A program made the translations under genes and the position numbers. DNA of 33,483 bases from the NCBI GenBank assembly GCA_021823085.1, contig JAKAPG010000001.1:1-33483 (forward strand), given 5' to 3'. The DNA comes from Thermoplasmata archaeon (GTDB lineage: Archaea > Thermoplasmatota > Thermoplasmata > Lutacidiplasmatales > UBA184). A model generated the notes under the pieces. It made no database searches. It was given only the letters and a program-made list of their open reading frames with translations, and was not told where the DNA came from. Positions 9,846-17,070 of the stretch are shown piece after piece (position 1 is the first letter of the stretch; each line of letters starts with the position of its first letter).

Positions 9846-10054
9846 TTCACCCCATCGCCGGGATCGTCCCAAGGATGGCTCTCGCCCCCGGAGGTCGCAG
9901 AGCATGTCCTCGAAGCTGTGACAGGGGTAGCTCGTTCCCGCCCCGGTCGGTCAGAGTTCCTGCAGGGGACCGCTCCGCTTCCGGAACCCGCGGGCATGGC
10001 TCGGACGCGACCGGTACGCGGTTAAGAGGAGAGACGGATAGAACCCCGTTCGGA

Positions 10055-11056
10055 ATGAGGGAACGGCCTTCCTCGAGGAACGTGCGGGGCGGAAGGACCG
10101 TCATCCGCTGGCTCCTCGAGGACAGTCAGCCCGCCGTTCGGTACCGTGCACTGGTCGATCTGCTGGGTCGGAGGGAAAGCGACCCCGAGGTCCGGGAAGC
10201 CCGGTCGAAGATCGGCCGCATTGGCTGGGCCGCGGACCAACTGCGCCGGCAAGGGAGGAAGGGGTTCTGGGAGCGTCATGCGCCTCGGAACATCACGGAG
10301 TGGGTGAACTTCCTCTACTATCCGAAGTACGGCTCTACGAACTGGAGGGCCCTCGTCCTCGCCGATCTCGGACTCGACGCGACCGACCCGCGGATCCGGA
10401 AGATCGCGGACCTCGTGTTCGAGTACAAGCTCCGCCTGAGCTCTCCGTTCAATTTCTACTACGAAGAGGCGTGCGTCGTGGGGAACACCGCCCGAATGTT
10501 GGCACGGTTTGGCTATGCCGACGATGTCCGGGTCCGCAAGCTGTACGACTGGCTGATCGAGGACCAACGCGCGGACGGCGGCTGGAACTGTTCCCACGGC
10601 ACGCCCGGGACGCTCGACGTCTGGGAGCCGCTCGCTGCCTTTGCCGCGCTTCCGAGGTCAAAGCGCTCGTCCAGGATGGAGGTCGCAATCTCGAAAGGCG
10701 CAGAGTTCTATCTCCGGCGTCGGCTCTTCCGGGAGGGCCCGCGATACGCCCCCTGGTTCCGGCTGCACTATCCGAACCACTACTACTACGACATTCTGGT
10801 CGGGCTCGTCGTGCTCACGGAGCTCGGCTTCTCCCAAGATCGGCGACTCCGACCCGCGCTGAAGATCCTGATGGACAAGCGGCAACCGGACGGAAGATGG
10901 CGGATGGACCGGCTGCATCCGGACGTTTGCGGACCGCGGGCCTCCCAATACCGAAGGGGCGTCACCCCGCTTCGGATCGAGGAGCCCGGGCAGCCGAGCA
11001 AGTGGATCACGTACCAGGCGCTTCGAGTGCTGAAGAGGGTCGAGGACGCGGCTTAG
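10055..11056 (+). CDS. prenyltransferase/squalene-cyclase-repeat (alpha/alpha-toroid) like protein
   Basis: Repeated motifs EDQRADGGWNC and KRQPDGRWRMD are typical of terpenoid-cyclase/prenyltransferase repeats. Start is taken at ATG 10055. TTAAGA at 10022-10027 lies 27 nt upstream. The earlier part of the track ORF is Arg/Gly/Ser-rich and looks non-coding. Confidence 0.6.
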   Translation: MRERPSSRNVRGGRTVIRWLLEDSQPAVRYRALVDLLGRRESDPEVREARSKIGRIGWAADQLRRQGRKGFWERHAPRNITEWVNFLYYPKYGSTNWRALVLADLGLDATDPRIRKIADLVFEYKLRLSSPFNFYYEEACVVGNTARMLARFGYADDVRVRKLYDWLIEDQRADGGWNCSHGTPGTLDVWEPLAAFAALPRSKRSSRMEVAISKGAEFYLRRRLFREGPRYAPWFRLHYPNHYYYDILVGLVVLTELGFSQDRRLRPALKILMDKRQPDGRWRMDRLHPDVCGPRASQYRRGVTPLRIEEPGQPSKWITYQALRVLKRVEDAA

Positions 11057-11148
11057 CGTCGCCGAAGCCTGACCGCGATCGTCGCGACACCGGGGTGCGA
11101 TGGTTCGTGGGGGCGCGGCCGGCGCACCTCCTTGCGATACGCGAGCCG

Positions 11149-12879
11149 TCAGCGGAACAGCGAGCCCTTGGTGAGGTCGACGACCTCTCCTTCGTGCCCG
11201 CCGAGGACGGCCTTCGCGAGGAAGAGGCTGAACCCGGAGAACTGAGCCCAACTGAGCTTGGGAGGCATTGCCACCTCGAGTCGCTGAACCACGACGTCCA
11301 CGAGCGCGGGACCGGGGGTCTCGAACGCCCGGGTCAGCGCGGGGCGCACGTCCTCGGGACGTTCGGCGCGGATCCCAAGAATCCCGGCCGCCTGCGCGAG
11401 CTGAGCGAAGTTCGTCGGGACGAGATCGACCGCCGTCGGCACGAGCCCCTCGGTGACCATTTCGAGCGCAACGAACCCGAGAACGCCGTTGTTGAAGACG
11501 ACGACCTTGACCGGGAGGGAGTTCTGCCGGAGCGTGAGCAATTCGCCGAGGAGCATCGACAATCCTCCGTCCCCCGACAGCGAGATGACCTGGCGGCCCG
11601 AGTGGGAGGCCTGGGCCCCGATGGCATGCGGGAGCGCGTTCGCCATCGAACCGTGGTTGAACGAGCCCACGATGCGTCGCTGGCCGTTGAAACGGAGGTA
11701 GCGGGCGGCCCAGATGGTCGGTGTTCCGACGTCGCACGAGAAGATCGCGTCGGGCGCCGCGAGTTCGTCGATGATGCGAGCGACGAGCTGGGGGTGGACG
11801 GTCGCCTTTCCCGGGATTTCCTGGGCGAGTCCGTCGAGCTCTGCCCGCGTCTTGCGGAAGCGTTCGAGGGAGGTCGCGAGGTGGACGCGGTCCGACCGCG
11901 GAGCGATCCGGGGCGTCAGCGCGGCCAGCGTCGCCCGGACGTCGGCGACGACGCCGATCTCAACGTGCGTGCGACGGCCGATCGCTTCGGCCCGTCCGTC
12001 GACCTGCACGACGACAGCGCGCTCGGGGTAGAACTGTCGGTAGGGAAAATCGGTCCCGAGCAGGATGAGCAGGTCCGCCTCCTGCATCGCGCGGTAGCCC
12101 GAGGCGAACCCGAGCAGGCCGGTCATGCCGACGTCGAACGGATTCTCCGGCTCGACGTACTCCTTGCCTCTCATGGTGTGGACGATCGGGGCGTTCAGAG
12201 CCCTCGCGAAGGCGATCAGCTCGGCGTGCGCACCGGCGCAGCCCGCCCCGGCGAGGATCGTGATTTTCTCCGCCGAGCCGATCGCGGCGAGCGCGCGCTC
12301 GACGTCCGCGTCGGAGGGGGCGGGCGGCGTTTCGGGAACGGCCGGCGCGGACCCGGTCCCGCTCGAGCCGATCTCCTGCCAAGCGATATCGCCGGGCAGG
12401 ACGATCGCGGCCGTATCCCTCTCCCCAATGGCGGTGCGGATCGCGCGATCGAGGACCCGCGCGAACTGGTCGACGGCGCCGACCGTCTCCACGTAGGCCG
12501 TGCACTCCCGGAGGAGGCGCTCGGGATGCGTCTCCTGGAAGTAATCCGAGCCGAGCTCGGCGGTGGGTATCTGGGAGGCGATCGCGAGGACGGGGACCCG
12601 GCTGCGATGTGCGTCGTAGAGCCCATTGATGAGGTGCAGGTTCCCCGGACCGCAGCTGCCCGCGCAGACGGTCATCCGTCCGGTGAGATGGGCCTCCGCC
12701 GCCGCCGCAAACGCCGCCGCCTCTTCGTGGCGGGTATGGACCCAGCCGAGGTCCTTCGGGGAGCGCCGGAGGGCGTCCGAGAGCGCGTTGAGCGAGTCTC
12801 CGGTGATCCCGTAGATCCGCCGGACGCCATTACCCGCGAGCGTCTCGATCAGCGCTTCTGCGACCGTAGGGGGCGCCAT
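11149..12879 (-). CDS. poxB: pyruvate dehydrogenase (quinone) / pyruvate oxidase, PoxB type (TPP- and FAD-dependent)
   Basis: 576 aa. As I recall the E. coli PoxB sequence, the two are collinear end to end. Shared strings: GITGDSLNALSDAL, TRHEEAAAFAAAAEA, CAGSCGPGNLHLINGLYDAHRSRVPVLAIA, YFQETHPE, SFNHGSMANALP, GDGGLSMLLGE. The C-terminal amphipathic tail FSGFSLFLAKAVLGGHEGEVVDL is also present. Confidence 0.93.
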   Translation of the reverse strand: MAPPTVAEALIETLAGNGVRRIYGITGDSLNALSDALRRSPKDLGWVHTRHEEAAAFAAAAEAHLTGRMTVCAGSCGPGNLHLINGLYDAHRSRVPVLAIASQIPTAELGSDYFQETHPERLLRECTAYVETVGAVDQFARVLDRAIRTAIGERDTAAIVLPGDIAWQEIGSSGTGSAPAVPETPPAPSDADVERALAAIGSAEKITILAGAGCAGAHAELIAFARALNAPIVHTMRGKEYVEPENPFDVGMTGLLGFASGYRAMQEADLLILLGTDFPYRQFYPERAVVVQVDGRAEAIGRRTHVEIGVVADVRATLAALTPRIAPRSDRVHLATSLERFRKTRAELDGLAQEIPGKATVHPQLVARIIDELAAPDAIFSCDVGTPTIWAARYLRFNGQRRIVGSFNHGSMANALPHAIGAQASHSGRQVISLSGDGGLSMLLGELLTLRQNSLPVKVVVFNNGVLGFVALEMVTEGLVPTAVDLVPTNFAQLAQAAGILGIRAERPEDVRPALTRAFETPGPALVDVVVQRLEVAMPPKLSWAQFSGFSLFLAKAVLGGHEGEVVDLTKGSLFR

Positions 12880-13046
12880 GGATCGGTGAACCGCCGGGCG
12901 GATTCAAGGTTCCGCTCGGAAACTCGTGCCGGGGGTCGCTTCGCCAAGTCCCAGCGAAGGGACTCGAAGCGAAACCACGTAAGGGGCGCCGCGCGGTCGT
13001 CCACCCAACAGCGCCCGAAGAGGGCCGACCACGAGGACCGTGGCCG

Positions 13047-13490
13047 ATGACCATCTCTTCCAGCGTACTCCTCCCGACGATCCTCATCCCCATCGTCTTC
13101 GGGATCGTCTACGCCCGCCGGATCGCGACAAGCTACTACGGTGCGCCCCTCCGCGTCACGCGTCTTGTGATTTGGGCGGCCCTCGTCGTCGGGATCTTCT
13201 TGCTGATCGTCGTGCCCGGGTACGTGGCCCTCCCCGAGTGGTCGCTGCCGTCGGACGCGGTCGTGCTCTGCGTGGCGGCCGTCGTCACGATCGGTCCGGT
13301 CGAGCGACGCGTGACGATCGAAAGGGTGGCGCCGGATCGTTGGACGTACCGGCTCCCGATCGTGGTGCCGCTCGTCTACCTGGTGCTCTTCGTTACCCGC
13401 GCCCTTCTCGGCGCCCTCGTTCTCGACGTGAGCCCGTTCGCGGTTTCCCCGGTGCCGGCGGTTCTCTCCCCGCCCCCCTGGCCCTCGTGA
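13047..13490 (+). CDS. small integral membrane protein (probably continues to 13618 through a homopolymer frameshift)
   Basis: Hydrophobic 147-aa ORF with several predicted TM helices. Coding signal continues in the -1 frame after a C6 run at 13473-13478 (see findings). Confidence 0.6.
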   Translation: MTISSSVLLPTILIPIVFGIVYARRIATSYYGAPLRVTRLVIWAALVVGIFLLIVVPGYVALPEWSLPSDAVVLCVAAVVTIGPVERRVTIERVAPDRWTYRLPIVVPLVYLVLFVTRALLGALVLDVSPFAVSPVPAVLSPPPWPS

Positions 13491-13883
13491 GGGGCATCGA
13501 CCTCCTGTGGGCCCTCAGCGCCGGGCTGGTGGTCGCTCGGGCCGTGGCGGTCTACCGGAGCTACCGTCGCCACCGGGCCACCACCCCCGCTCCCCTCCCG
13601 TCGAACGTATCTCCCTGACCGGAGACGGACGGCGGGTCGCGCGGTTCGTTCGGTTCATTCAGCCGACGGTTTAAGAACGACCCGGGGGTCGTGCGATCGC
13701 GCGCCGGGCCGGCCCGCGGGGTGTGCTCTGTCGTCCTGGGGGCCTTCCGAGGGATCATCGGTACCGGTCGATGTCGAACACGCCCGCGGCGGATGGGGGG
13801 AGCTGGTCCGCAATCGTCGGTTCCTCCTCTACCAGACCACGGCCTCGCTCTCCGGAGCGGGGTACGCGGTCTACTCCGTCAGC

Positions 13884-14996
13884 GTGCTGTTCCTCGCCTA
13901 TTCGCGGACCGGGAACCTGTTCGTAGCGGGCCTCGTGCTCTTCATCGAGTACGGCGTCTACACGCTCACCTTCTTGGTCGCACCGATCGTCGACCGCGTC
14001 AAGGACAAGCGCACGATCCTGCTGATCTGCTATCCGCTCCAGGCGATCACCGCCGCGATCCTCGCGGAACAGCTCACGGCGGGAACGCTCTCTACGGCAG
14101 TACTGCTCGCAGCGGTACTGGCCCTCGCAACCCTCTGGGACTTCGTCTGGGTCGTCCAGATGGTCGTGCCACGGCTGGTCGTGCCGCCCCGGCTCCTGTT
14201 CGCCGCGGACGGACTCTCGGGAGCCATTGGGACGGGATACCAGGTGGCCGGCTACGCGGGCGGCGGCGCGCTCGTCTACCTCGTGGGGCCGGAGGGAGGC
14301 GTGAGCGCGTACGCGATATTGCTCATCGCCGCGCTCGCCGCCGCGATCCCGCTCGTCCTTACCGGGGCCCAGGCACCGAAGGAACGGTTCCGTGAGGCAT
14401 TCGCGCGCGGCTGGGAGGCATTCCGGGGCGCGGCCGGCAGGGTCCTACGCCAGTGGGCGTCGATCGAGGTCGTCTACGGGTTCTTCTCGGCGTTCGTACC
14501 GCTCCTGATCACGGCGATCGCCTACGAGGAGTTCACCGACCCGTCGGCCGTGTATGGGGTCCTGGTCACGGCCGAAGTGCTCGGGGGCGCGGTCGCCGGG
14601 GTCGTCGCCGGCCACTACAACCCTCGTCGGTACGTCGGAGCGCTCCTCGTCGCGAGCCCACTGGTCGCCGGCGGCGCGATCCTCTCCCTGCTCGCCGTCC
14701 CGGGAGAGCTCGCGGGGCTCGGCGCGCTGCTCGCCCTCGCCGGGGCGGCGATCGGGGTCCGGTACACGGCCAAATACTCCTGGGTCCGAGGAATCTTTGC
14801 CCCGGAGCGGCTGGGCCGTGCCATCTCGAACATCTACTTCTTCACGGGCGCCGCATCCTCCATCGCGGCGGTCAGCCTGGGTGCGCTATCCACCGCGATC
14901 GGGGTTCCCGCGGTGATCGCGCTCTCGGGCGTCGGGCTCGCGATCGCCGGCCTGCTCGCGCTGTCCCTGCCGCTGGTGCGCAGTCTGAAGTACTAG
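13884..14996 (+). CDS. MFS-type transporter (N-terminus probably at ATG 13771, broken by a homopolymer frameshift)
   Basis: 370-aa polytopic membrane ORF starting at GTG 13884. The same frame reads as protein upstream with no start codon (ELVRNRRFLLYQTTASLSGAGYAVYSVS). An ATG at 13771 lies one frame away and is joined through a G6 run (see findings). Confidence 0.8.
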   Translation: MLFLAYSRTGNLFVAGLVLFIEYGVYTLTFLVAPIVDRVKDKRTILLICYPLQAITAAILAEQLTAGTLSTAVLLAAVLALATLWDFVWVVQMVVPRLVVPPRLLFAADGLSGAIGTGYQVAGYAGGGALVYLVGPEGGVSAYAILLIAALAAAIPLVLTGAQAPKERFREAFARGWEAFRGAAGRVLRQWASIEVVYGFFSAFVPLLITAIAYEEFTDPSAVYGVLVTAEVLGGAVAGVVAGHYNPRRYVGALLVASPLVAGGAILSLLAVPGELAGLGALLALAGAAIGVRYTAKYSWVRGIFAPERLGRAISNIYFFTGAASSIAAVSLGALSTAIGVPAVIALSGVGLAIAGLLALSLPLVRSLKY

Positions 14997-15886
14997 GTCC
15001 TTCGAGACCGGACCGGCTCGGCAACCCGGGCGAGCGCGAAATACGCGTCCGGGGCGAGGTCCTCCGGGCGGAGGGTGGACCAGGTGGGGGGCCAGCCCGC
15101 CTCGGTGGCCCAGCGCTCGGCCTCGCGCGCGGAGCGAGCGAGCCGAGGGAGGAGGTTCCCGAGCTGTTTCCGTCGGGAAGAGAAGAGGCCCCGGACCAGC
15201 CCTTCGAAGCGGGGGACGGACGGCACCGGAAGCTCTCCGGTCCGGGCCCGAAACACCAGGATCCGACCCTCGACCTCGGGAACCGGCCGGAACGAACCGG
15301 ACGGCACAATCCGGAAGAGTTCGGTCGATCCGTAGAGCGCCGCGAGGATCGTAAGGCGTCCGTACCGCTTGGAACCCGGCGCGGCCGCAACCCGCTCGGC
15401 GACCTCTCGCTGGACCATCGCGACGATCCGGGGGACCCGCCGGATCCAGAGCCCGAGCAGCATCGCGGTCGCGCTCGAGAAGGGAAGGTTGCCCACGACG
15501 GTCGATCCCTCCGGGAATCGGTGCTCGAGCGCGTCCGCCTCCACGACCCGCACCCGATCTCCGAACGTCGCCCGGAGGTGGCGGACGAGGCGAGGATCGC
15601 GCTCGATGACCGTCAGGTCCGGGGCGCCGCGACGCAGGAGCGCCTCGGTCAGCACGCCGAGACCGCCTCCGATCTCCACGACCGGCCCTCGCGCGCCGTC
15701 GACCGCGAGCGCCGCCTCGGCGTCGGCGACGAACGGGTCGGCGAGGAAGGATTGGCCCCAGCGGCGCGACGGCCGGAACTCGAGGCGCTCGAACGCCTCC
15801 TCGATCGCGCGAGGGTCGCTGGGGGCCAGGGACGCCGGGACGGCCGAGAACCTACGCCGCGACGAAGAGCCGATACTTGTCGTCAA
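14993..15886 (-). CDS. rsmA: 16S/18S rRNA (adenine-N6,N6)-dimethyltransferase KsgA/Dim1
   Basis: Contains WGQSFLADP, VVEIGGGLGVLTEAL, VIERDPRL and VVGNLPFSSATAML. The only in-frame start upstream of the GQSFL motif is TTG 15886, which overlaps the DUF655 gene by 35 nt. Confidence 0.88.
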   Translation of the reverse strand: MTTSIGSSSRRRFSAVPASLAPSDPRAIEEAFERLEFRPSRRWGQSFLADPFVADAEAALAVDGARGPVVEIGGGLGVLTEALLRRGAPDLTVIERDPRLVRHLRATFGDRVRVVEADALEHRFPEGSTVVGNLPFSSATAMLLGLWIRRVPRIVAMVQREVAERVAAAPGSKRYGRLTILAALYGSTELFRIVPSGSFRPVPEVEGRILVFRARTGELPVPSVPRFEGLVRGLFSSRRKQLGNLLPRLARSAREAERWATEAGWPPTWSTLRPEDLAPDAYFALARVAEPVRSRRT

Positions 15887-16397
15887 CCCCCGTCAGCTCC
15901 TGCTCGATCCGCGCGACGACGAGCTTCTCCGGTGACTTCAGGTGCACGCGCGATTCGATGTCCGCGAAGCTCGCAAACGGTCGGCGCCTCCGCTCGTCGA
16001 CGATCGCCTGCATCGTCTTCTTCCCGACTCCGGGCAACAGCTCGAGCAGGTGGAACCGGCGCGAAACCGCCCCCGCCTCGTTGAAGAATCGCAGGTAGCG
16101 CGCCCCGTCCTCGCGGACGATCGATCCGAGCGCCGGTCCGAGCTCGGTGCGCGCGGCGCTCGTGAGCTCGCCGGCCGAAAGGCGCCGGCGCACGTGATCG
16201 ATCGGCGGGGATTTCCCCTCGATCGGGACGAGCGGGATCCGGGAACCCGGGACGAACCGCCCGCTCGGCGGCACGACGATCTCGAGGAACTTGAGCTCGG
16301 AGACGCCGAGCCCGATCACCACGGGCTCGCGGTGGAAGCCGCGGTCGGTCGCGCGGCCGGTCGGCAAATGGTCCAGTACGATGGCGTACGTTTCCAC
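15852..16397 (-). CDS. DUF655-family protein (OB-like N-terminus plus helix-hairpin-helix), function unknown
   Basis: 181 aa: METYAIVLDHLPTGR...FFNEAGAVSRRFHLLELLPGVGKKTMQAIVDER. It occupies the conserved archaeal position between rpoF and ksgA. GTG start at 16397, with GGAGGGGG at 16410-16403. Confidence 0.85.
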   Translation of the reverse strand: METYAIVLDHLPTGRATDRGFHREPVVIGLGVSELKFLEIVVPPSGRFVPGSRIPLVPIEGKSPPIDHVRRRLSAGELTSAARTELGPALGSIVREDGARYLRFFNEAGAVSRRFHLLELLPGVGKKTMQAIVDERRRRPFASFADIESRVHLKSPEKLVVARIEQELTGVDDKYRLFVAA

Positions 16398-16413
16398 AAC
16401 GACCCCCTCCGAT

Positions 16414-16728
16414 TCATCGGTACCGGGCCACGAGCTCGAGGAGGCTGGTGATCTGGGCTTCGTCCAGGGCGATCCGCTCCTTCGCGAAGAGGAGGCGGAC
16501 CTCTTCGGGGAACTGCGGCAGGAGATCGACGATCTTGATCGCGATCGGGACGCTGACGAACCCGAGCGCCGCGAGCTCCCCGAGCATCTTCTGGGTGTCC
16601 TCGGGACTGAGGTGCGCGAACGCCTCGGCGTGCTGTTGGGCGAGCAGTGCCTCGCGCGGCAGGGTGCGGAGAGCCGCCTGCTCGGTGAGCATCTGCTTCA
16701 CGGTCGCCAGCGGCACCGGCTCGGGCAT
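16414..16728 (-). CDS. rpoF: DNA-directed RNA polymerase subunit Rpo4/F
   Basis: 104 aa with helical HRDC-like sequence (LSPEDTQKMLGELAALGF...IVDLLP). It starts 3 nt after the rpl21e stop, in the conserved L21e-RpoF-DUF655-KsgA order. Confidence 0.8.
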   Translation of the reverse strand: MPEPVPLATVKQMLTEQAALRTLPREALLAQQHAEAFAHLSPEDTQKMLGELAALGFVSVPIAIKIVDLLPQFPEEVRLLFAKERIALDEAQITSLLELVARYR

Positions 16729-16731
16729 CTT

Positions 16732-17043
16732 CTACGCGGCCCCCTTTCCGACGCCGGTCGGGCGAAGGTGGATCGTGTTCGCGATCAGTTGCTTGCGCTT
16801 TCCGCCGTCGAGGAACTCGACGCGGTAGGCGCGGCCGACCCGCGCGACCACCGTGCAGACCCGGCCCTGGTAGCGGGGATGCGGTTGTCCGTGAGGGTCG
16901 GAGGGTTCGATGTTCACCACGACCTTCTGGCCCACTTCGAACGGGCGCAGGAAGCGAGTGAGCGAGGGCAGGCCGCGCTCGCGGGCCTCCTTCGTGAACG
17001 TCCCGCGGCTCCGCGAGCGGAACCCTTTGGAACTCTTCACCAT
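16732..17043 (-). CDS. rpl21e: 50S ribosomal protein L21e (eL21)
   Basis: MVKSSKGFRSRSRGTFTKE...FEVGQKVVVNIEPS...HPRYQGRVCTVV...YRVEF. GAGGAGG at 17057-17051 lies 7 nt upstream of ATG 17043. Confidence 0.92.
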   Translation of the reverse strand: MVKSSKGFRSRSRGTFTKEARERGLPSLTRFLRPFEVGQKVVVNIEPSDPHGQPHPRYQGRVCTVVARVGRAYRVEFLDGGKRKQLIANTIHLRPTGVGKGAA

Positions 17044-17070
17044 GTACGAACCTCCTCTTCTGCGAACTCG

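Noticed and set aside
9851-10020. About 170 nt of apparently non-coding DNA between the thermosome promoter and the next gene, examined for a tRNA or C/D-box sRNA
   Set aside because: On either strand I found no T-loop or D-loop consensus, no C box (RUGAUGA) paired with a D box (CUGA) at appropriate spacing, and no convincing extended structure. I treat it as a divergent promoter region.
8103-10025. 640-aa plus-strand ORF
   Set aside because: It is the exact antisense shadow of the thermosome gene. The sequence is low-complexity and rich in Asp, Leu and Arg. The thermosome assignment on the minus strand is unambiguous.
10300-13050. 916-aa plus-strand ORF
   Set aside because: It is off-frame over the prenyltransferase-like gene and then antisense to poxB. 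It has no motifs and its composition is Arg-rich.
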